Of a stretch of 13,319 nt of DNA, positions 8,087 to 13,319 are shown in pieces. Made by a program: the position numbers and the translations under genes. The stretch spans positions 1 through 13,319 of the forward strand of contig JAOZPT010000058.1 in the NCBI GenBank assembly GCA_029932605.1. Reading direction: 5' to 3'. This DNA is from Candidatus Zixiibacteriota bacterium (GTDB lineage Bacteria; Zixibacteria; MSB-5A5; UBA10806; 4484-95). The notes beneath the pieces are model-generated. The model was not told the origin of the DNA. It saw only the letters and a program-made list of their open reading frames with translations, and searched no databases. Position 1 is the stretch's first letter. Each line of letters starts with the position of its first letter.

Positions 8087-8095
8087 TCTCAAGCA

Positions 8096-9394
8096 ATGGA
8101 CAAAAAGGCTTACATACTCACCTTCGGTTGCCAGATGAACGAATACGACAGCGAAGTGCTGGAGTCGATTCTATCGACCAATGGTTATCTTATAACTGAC
8201 CAACCGGAGAAAGCCGACCTAGCGGTCATCAATACATGCAGTGTCAGGCAGAAGGCAGAAAGCCGGGCGATGGCGCATATATCCCGAATCGCTTCCCTGA
8301 AAAAGAGCAAACCATCGATGAGGGTTGTTGTGGCTGGATGTATGGCTAAAAGAGCCGGGCAAGCTATCATAGATGAAATCCCAGGTGTCGATTATGTGGT
8401 TGGCCCGGATTTTATACCTGATATCCCTGAAATAATATCTGGAAATGACCACATCTTTATAGACGAAAAATCCAAAACAGCTTCCCAACCTTCTTTAAAA
8501 TCCTCTGGCAATAAGGTGTCCTCCTATTTGGCCATTTCCCGTGGCTGTGAAAATTACTGTTCATATTGTATTGTGCCTTATGTCAGGGGCTCATTCCGCT
8601 CAAGACCTGTCGATGACATAATAGCCGAGATAAAGATGCTGGTTGATTCAGGTGTCAAAGATATAACCCTTCTTGGCCAGAATGTAAACTCCTATCGTGA
8701 TGGTGATGTCGATTTTCCGAAACTGCTTCATAAATTAGCTCCTGAAGCGCCATCTCGCCTGCGCTTTCTGACCTCGCATCCAAAGGACCTCTCAGATGAC
8801 CTTATTAATTGTTTTTCTGAAATTCCCAATCTATGTCAATCACTTCATCTACCGCTTCAATCTGGTTCGGATAAAATACTTAAGGCTATGAATAGGGGTT
8901 ACACCCTAAAACATTATCTTGGCTTAGTTGAAAAACTTCGGAAAAACGTTCCCAGCATTACCCTGACGACTGATTTAATAGTAGGGTTCCCCGGTGAAAA
9001 ACAAGAAGATTTTCATAAGACTCTGAAAGCAGTAGAGGATATCGGTTTTGATTGGGCTTTTATGTTTAAGTATTCAGTCCGACCCAGAACGGCCGCCGCC
9101 AGATTACCCGATAACGTTCCTGAGAATGTTAAGATAGACAGGTTAAACAGCCTGATTGCATTACAAATGGCGATTTCTGCTCGTAAAAATGCTCATTGGC
9201 TTGGTCATACGTTAGAGGTCTTAATCGAAGGGCAGAGCCGGCGACAACCATTTATACCAAAGGGCAGGTCTCGTGGTGGCCAACCAGTGTTGATAACCGA
9301 TAATCCTCAGCTTAAGCAAGGTGATATAGCTATGGCAACGGTGAACTCCGCTAACGCTAAAACGCTTTTGGCAAAGTTTGAAAAGTTAGCATAA
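8096..9394 (+). CDS. miaB: tRNA-2-methylthio-N6-dimethylallyladenosine synthase MiaB (methylthiotransferase)
   Basis: UPF0004 domain cysteines 'TFGCQMNEYDSE', 'NTCSVRQKAE', 'VAGCMA'; radical SAM motif 'GCENYCSYCIVPYVRG'; 'LLGQNVNSY', 'RLRFLTSHP', 'HLPLQSGS', 'DLIVGFPGE'; C-terminal TRAM-like domain. Confidence 0.96.
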   Translation: MDKKAYILTFGCQMNEYDSEVLESILSTNGYLITDQPEKADLAVINTCSVRQKAESRAMAHISRIASLKKSKPSMRVVVAGCMAKRAGQAIIDEIPGVDYVVGPDFIPDIPEIISGNDHIFIDEKSKTASQPSLKSSGNKVSSYLAISRGCENYCSYCIVPYVRGSFRSRPVDDIIAEIKMLVDSGVKDITLLGQNVNSYRDGDVDFPKLLHKLAPEAPSRLRFLTSHPKDLSDDLINCFSEIPNLCQSLHLPLQSGSDKILKAMNRGYTLKHYLGLVEKLRKNVPSITLTTDLIVGFPGEKQEDFHKTLKAVEDIGFDWAFMFKYSVRPRTAAARLPDNVPENVKIDRLNSLIALQMAISARKNAHWLGHTLEVLIEGQSRRQPFIPKGRSRGGQPVLITDNPQLKQGDIAMATVNSANAKTLLAKFEKLA

Positions 9395-9398
9395 ATTC

Positions 9399-9427
9399 TT
9401 GACATTTGTTTAAGACCATAGGATAAT
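9399..9427 (+). promoter_or_regulatory. Sigma70-type promoter of the GAF/receiver gene
   Basis: Perfect TTGACA (9399-9404), 17 bp, GATAAT (9422-9427), 5 nt before the ATG at 9433. Confidence 0.6.
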
Positions 9428-9432
9428 AAAAT

Positions 9433-11703
9433 ATGTTTGCTTACATTGTATTTTTCGTAATTGCTTTCGGTTCAGCTCTCTGTGTAATCGTTCTTTCCTC
9501 AAAACATAACTTTAATAGTCTTGCTGGCTGGTCTGGTTCTTTATTGATGCTGGTCGGGGCAGCTCTGTTTTATGGTGCTATCAATATAATTATCAACCTG
9601 ATAGCAAATATAATCTTTACAGTTGGAGCAGTGGTTTTTCTTGTTGGTATGTATAAACTTGTTTTGTCAACTGGTCGTATGAAGACTGACCAGAGTGCAC
9701 ACTTGCAGGAAAAGACCATAAGCGATATTCTACAGGTGGCTTCCGCCAGAGAAAGCCTGCTTGAACTTTTAAATTACTCGCTGGACAGATTTCTGGAAGT
9801 GTTTTCATTAAATTCAGGTACAATCCATATTTATCATAGACCCAAAAGCGTCCTGTTAATGGGAGCATATCGTGGTCTATCGCCATTGCACGCTAAAAGA
9901 CTTGAACTTATAAAACCGGGTGAAACAGCTATAGGCAGAGCGGTTCAAAACAAGCGGGTTTTGATTATCCGTGATATGCGGGTAAGTCCCGATTACCAGT
10001 TTTTCGGTGGTAAAGCCGAAGGGTACTCATTTTTAGCAGTAGTTCCTATCATGGTTAATAGCGATTGCTGGGGGGTTATCACTCTTCTTGGAAGGAAGAA
10101 ATATCATCGTGGAATGCTTGATGTTGGTCTGCTTGAACGATTTGGACTCAAGTTGGGCCAAGCGCTTGTCCTGGGTCGGGAAAACAGGAAAATAACAGTC
10201 GCTTTCAATCGCTTGCGAAACATTATCGAATTTTATAATCGTCTATTTGAAAATATTGAAACAAGCTGGAAAACCGGAAATCTGTGGCACAAGGAAGCTG
10301 TCTATAAAATGCTTGATGATTACCGGGGAAAGCTCGTGGCCGGAAAACCATATTGCATATTTGAAATCTCCTCGGGGTCTTGCATATGCATTTATCAACA
10401 GGCTCCTCAAGGACTGGATGTTGGTTATAACGAGCATGGTTTTACCGAGAGAATGGATTTTAAGAGTCTGCTCTCTGGGTTTAAAAAAGATGAGTTTTTT
10501 GAGGTTAAAAGCCAAGAGATTGCCCACTTGATTCCACCCGGATTTTTTAAAAATGAAATATTGACAGCATACGGTTTTAATTATGGTGATAATGAAATCG
10601 AAATAATTCTGATTGATGAGAACAGAGAGATTGTTGTCAAAAACTACAACGATGATATAATTCTTATTAAAAACTTCATTACCTTGATGCAAGTTATTAC
10701 GGATATTAAAAATTCGCAGAAGTTGATATCAAAAGATCAAACTACTGACGATGAGGTTGCTAAAGTCAGTCAGAACCTTTCGAAAATACTAACAGGTATA
10801 TCAAAAGATATACAATTATTGCTCGAACAATCCTCTAAGGAGGATATTCCCATCAAAAACGATGATTTCATCGATCGCCTTCAAAGTGTGAGACAGACCG
10901 CTTTAAAAGGGATGGAACTGATTAATAAAGAAAACCCGCAATATGACACAAACACTGTAATCCAATCAGCCCTAAATTCAGAGAATTTGAATGTATCATT
11001 TTATCCTGGCTCAAAACTTCCGGTGATAAAAACAGGTATGGATGATTTCAAAAATACTGTTGTTGAGATCGTGAAACAGGCCATAAAAAACAACCGAGCT
11101 CGGGGTGGTTATAGACCTATAAAGCTAAGGCTATCCGGTCAAAATCAATCTATTGTATTGACACTTGAGGGTAACATAAATCCTGATTTCCTTTCTACAG
11201 ATCTAACTGAAAAAGCAAAAAACCACGGATTGGGAATTAACATTCTCGGGCATGATGATAGTACCGAGAAAAGTGTTTCTTATGATGAGAGTAAATTTGA
11301 ATCTGGTGATGATTTAAAAATTCTTGTAATCGAGGATAAGCCTGTTTTAAAAGAGTTGTTGGTGGATCTATTCTCGAAGATAGGCTATACACTTAAGGCT
11401 GTTTCATCTGGAAATGAGGGGTTGGCTTTCATTAAATCAACCAGAAATAGTGCTGAGGCGATCGATGTTGTTATTATCGATATGGCTCTTGAGGATATTG
11501 CTGGCCTTGAACTGTGTAAAAAAATAAAGCAGTTCGATAGTAGTATCCACACCGTGATTATTTCAAGCTGGGGAGTTAATTTTTATACCAGCACATTAAA
11601 TGAAGCCGGCGTTGATGCTGTACTTCATAAGCCATTCAGATTAGAGCAACTTAGCCAGATATTACCTGGCCCAAAAAAAAGAGATGAGCAAAAGTATAAA
11701 TAA
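9433..11703 (+). CDS. Membrane-anchored signal transduction protein: about 3 TM helices, GAF, degenerate HisKA/HATPase-like region, C-terminal receiver domain
   Basis: Three N-terminal hydrophobic segments. GAF motifs 'LLMGAYRGL', 'GETAIGRAVQNKRVLIIRDMRVSPDY', 'SFLAVVPIMVNSDCWGVITL'. Kinase-like remnants at about aa 440-605. Receiver 'KILVIED...DVVIIDMAL...GLELCKKIK...VIISSW...LHKPF'. Confidence 0.85.
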   Translation: MFAYIVFFVIAFGSALCVIVLSSKHNFNSLAGWSGSLLMLVGAALFYGAINIIINLIANIIFTVGAVVFLVGMYKLVLSTGRMKTDQSAHLQEKTISDILQVASARESLLELLNYSLDRFLEVFSLNSGTIHIYHRPKSVLLMGAYRGLSPLHAKRLELIKPGETAIGRAVQNKRVLIIRDMRVSPDYQFFGGKAEGYSFLAVVPIMVNSDCWGVITLLGRKKYHRGMLDVGLLERFGLKLGQALVLGRENRKITVAFNRLRNIIEFYNRLFENIETSWKTGNLWHKEAVYKMLDDYRGKLVAGKPYCIFEISSGSCICIYQQAPQGLDVGYNEHGFTERMDFKSLLSGFKKDEFFEVKSQEIAHLIPPGFFKNEILTAYGFNYGDNEIEIILIDENREIVVKNYNDDIILIKNFITLMQVITDIKNSQKLISKDQTTDDEVAKVSQNLSKILTGISKDIQLLLEQSSKEDIPIKNDDFIDRLQSVRQTALKGMELINKENPQYDTNTVIQSALNSENLNVSFYPGSKLPVIKTGMDDFKNTVVEIVKQAIKNNRARGGYRPIKLRLSGQNQSIVLTLEGNINPDFLSTDLTEKAKNHGLGINILGHDDSTEKSVSYDESKFESGDDLKILVIEDKPVLKELLVDLFSKIGYTLKAVSSGNEGLAFIKSTRNSAEAIDVVIIDMALEDIAGLELCKKIKQFDSSIHTVIISSWGVNFYTSTLNEAGVDAVLHKPFRLEQLSQILPGPKKRDEQKYK

Positions 11704-12169
11704 AGAGCTTTTCAAATTCAAAACCCGGTGGCGTACACGTTTCTGCGAGGTTGATTTGCAGGGGGTTATTCATCACTCTGAAATTGTAAAATACCTTGAG
11801 ATAGGTAGAGTGGAATACTGGCGACAACTGGGTATCGGTTATCATGAGTTTTTAAGTTCTGGGCTTGAGTATGTAGTAGCCCGGCTTGAATGTGATTACC
11901 TTAAACCGCTATTTTTCGATACTATGATTACCGTTATGGTTCGTGTTTCGAGGGTTTCCCGAACAAGTGTAACTTATGAATACTTGATATATGATGACAA
12001 TGATAACTGTGCTGTATATGCCCTTACATTGCTGGTTTGTGTAAAATCGGGTACAATTAGACCATATCCTTTGCCCAAGTCATATCTAAAAAAAATACTT
12101 GATTATGAGATAGAAGGGACGGTGGAAAATAAAGCCCGAAAGATTACGACTCCCGACAGTACAGGTTGA
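11684..12169 (+). CDS. Acyl-CoA thioesterase, YbgC/FadM/4HBT hotdog-fold family
   Basis: 'RTRFCEVDLQGVIHHSEIVKYLEIGR' matches the family N-terminal motif with the catalytic Asp; also 'VVARLECDYLKPLFFD' and 'RTSVTYEY'. Overlaps the upstream gene by 20 bp. Confidence 0.9.
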   Translation: MSKSINKELFKFKTRWRTRFCEVDLQGVIHHSEIVKYLEIGRVEYWRQLGIGYHEFLSSGLEYVVARLECDYLKPLFFDTMITVMVRVSRVSRTSVTYEYLIYDDNDNCAVYALTLLVCVKSGTIRPYPLPKSYLKKILDYEIEGTVENKARKITTPDSTG

Positions 12170-12181
12170 CCTGTCGCATTG

Positions 12182-12187
12182 TATAAT
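12182..12187 (+). promoter_or_regulatory. Candidate -10 element for the radical SAM gene
   Basis: Perfect TATAAT ending 8 nt before the ATG at 12196; no SD and no correctly spaced -35. Confidence 0.4.
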
Positions 12188-12195
12188 CGATATTA

Positions 12196-13179
12196 ATGAA
12201 TAAATTCCGAAACGTTATCCGTTATCACAGCCAATCGCGCAAACTGATTTATAAATTTTTGAAGTTATGCGATAAAATCCCTATCTATAGGGGAGCTTAT
12301 AAGAAAAGGATTAGCTTTAAAACTTTAAAGTTAAATAATTTCCCTGGAGAGCTCTCGATTGAGACAACCAATTTGTGCAACGCTAAATGCATAATTTGTG
12401 CTCATCCTGATATGAAAAGGCCAAAAGGCAGAATGCAAACAGGTCTGGTTTACTCAATCATTGATCAAGCAGGCCAGGGCAGAGTCAAAAAGCTATTCCT
12501 TTCGGGATTCGGCGAACCGCTTCTGGACAGCCGATTACAGGATTTTGTAGATTATGCTAAAACGAAAGGGATTGACAATATCAGCATTGTTACAAATGGA
12601 TATCTTTTAACAATGACTGTAGCCTCTGATTTGGTAAATGCTGGCATTAACGAGATAATAATCTCTACCGATGGTTTTACCAAAGAGACGTATGAGAAAA
12701 TCCGCATCGGCTTGAAATTTGATAAGCTGGTTGAAAACATAAAAAGCCTCTCATCTTTGAAAAAGAGGAAATCGGTGAGAATAGACATCTCATGCCTTGA
12801 CCTGATAAATAACAGGAGAGAAAAACACTTGGCTTACGAGCTTTTTGGAAAATATGTTGATAACATCTATTTCCGACAGGCACAGGGCTGGACCGGTAAA
12901 TATGCTCAGTCATTAGCTGGTTACTCGCCACATTTTGAACCAAACCCGATACCATGTAGATACCTCTGGGATAGCATAAGCGTATATATCGATGGCAAAG
13001 TGCCAACCTGCTGCCTTGATTTTGAAGCTGAAGGAGTAATGGGTGATGTTACCAATGAGAGTATCGAGAGTATCTGGAGAGGCGAGAGGTTCGAATTTTA
13101 CAGGCAAGCCCATCTGCAAAACCGTAAGTCGCAACTAAGCCCCTGCAGTAAATGCGGCTATTATTCAGTCTGGTGGTAA
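12196..13179 (+). CDS. Radical SAM protein with C-terminal SPASM/twitch Fe-S domain, substrate unknown
   Basis: CxxxCxxC at C61/C65/C68 ('ETTNLCNAKCIICAH'), 'SGFGEPLL', 'IVTNGYLL', 'ISTDG...YEKIR'. C-terminal 'CRYLW...IDGKVPTCCLD...MGDV...SIESIWRG...CSKC'. Confidence 0.92.
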   Translation: MNKFRNVIRYHSQSRKLIYKFLKLCDKIPIYRGAYKKRISFKTLKLNNFPGELSIETTNLCNAKCIICAHPDMKRPKGRMQTGLVYSIIDQAGQGRVKKLFLSGFGEPLLDSRLQDFVDYAKTKGIDNISIVTNGYLLTMTVASDLVNAGINEIIISTDGFTKETYEKIRIGLKFDKLVENIKSLSSLKKRKSVRIDISCLDLINNRREKHLAYELFGKYVDNIYFRQAQGWTGKYAQSLAGYSPHFEPNPIPCRYLWDSISVYIDGKVPTCCLDFEAEGVMGDVTNESIESIWRGERFEFYRQAHLQNRKSQLSPCSKCGYYSVWW

Positions 13180-13205
13180 ACCGAACAGCTATGCCGATAT
13201 TAATA

Positions 13206-13233
13206 TTGACTTTTAAAAATAGTAAGCTAATTT
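13206..13233 (+). promoter_or_regulatory. Candidate promoter of tRNA-Pro
   Basis: TTGACT (13206-13211), 16 bp, TAATTT (13228-13233), 9 nt before the tRNA 5' end, with AT-rich sequence upstream. Confidence 0.5.
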
Positions 13234-13242
13234 TAGTTGAAA

Positions 13243-13316
13243 CGGGGCGTAGCGCAGTCTGGTAGCGCACACGGTTCGGGTCCGTGGAGTCGGAGGTTCA
13301 AATCCTCTCGCCCCGA
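13243..13316 (+). tRNA. tRNA-Pro (anticodon CGG), CCA not encoded
   Basis: Cloverleaf folded by hand: acceptor CGGGGCG/CGCCCCG; D arm GCGC-AGTCTGGTA-GCGC; anticodon arm CACGG-TTCGGGT-CCGTG (CGG at 13277-13279); T arm GGAGG-TTCAAAT-CCTCT; discriminator A at 13316. C1-G72 and A73 are typical of bacterial tRNA-Pro. Confidence 0.97.
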
Positions 13317-13319
13317 TTT

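Noticed and set aside
7896..8095. Structured ncRNA, riboswitch or terminator in the mutS-miaB spacer (e.g. ATTCC...GGAAT at 7922-7949)
   Set aside because: Only short weak stems, with no recognisable Rfam-type motif by eye and no hairpin followed by a U-tract.
12166..12187. TTGACC paired with TATAAT as a full sigma70 promoter
   Set aside because: The spacer is only 10 bp, which is incompatible with sigma70 geometry; only the -10 was kept.
11684..13242. RiPP biosynthetic cluster around the SPASM enzyme
   Set aside because: No precursor ORF fits in the 26-bp and 63-bp spacers, and there is no RRE/PqqD domain, protease or transporter.
13166..13263. 9-mer CAGTCTGGT shared by the radical SAM 3' end and the tRNA D-loop, as an att remnant
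   Set aside because: Too short, it encodes the protein C-terminus, and att duplications usually involve the tRNA 3' half.
17..13270. All short minus-strand and alternative-frame ORFs in the track (61-149 aa, e.g. 10243-10692, 4379-4627, 12677-13006, 13049-13270)
   Set aside because: They lie within or antisense to well-supported genes or the tRNA, and show no recognisable motifs or initiation signals; they are shadow ORFs.

Overview
AT-rich bacterial chromosomal segment with every supported gene on the + strand, probably from a diderm (LPS-making) organism because lapA-lapB is present. Gene order: 5'-truncated recN, pgsA-like CDP-alcohol phosphatidyltransferase, an orphan secreted protein, lapA, lapB, a secreted TPR+SPOR protein, mutS, miaB, a membrane-anchored GAF / degenerate histidine-kinase / receiver protein, a YbgC/4HBT-like thioesterase, a radical SAM/SPASM enzyme, and tRNA-Pro(CGG) at the window end. 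Most of this is housekeeping, and I see no transposase, integrase, CRISPR array or defence system. The best novelty candidate is the 756-aa hybrid sensor. Its kinase core appears dead (His->Gln in the H box, Asn->Gln in the N box, no G1 box) while its receiver is intact, and it overlaps the thioesterase gene and lies next to an uncharacterised radical SAM enzyme. Secondary observations: four genes look leaderless or near-leaderless, and short palindromes or direct repeats sit around mutS and the radical SAM gene. All family calls are by-eye motif recognition; no searches were run.
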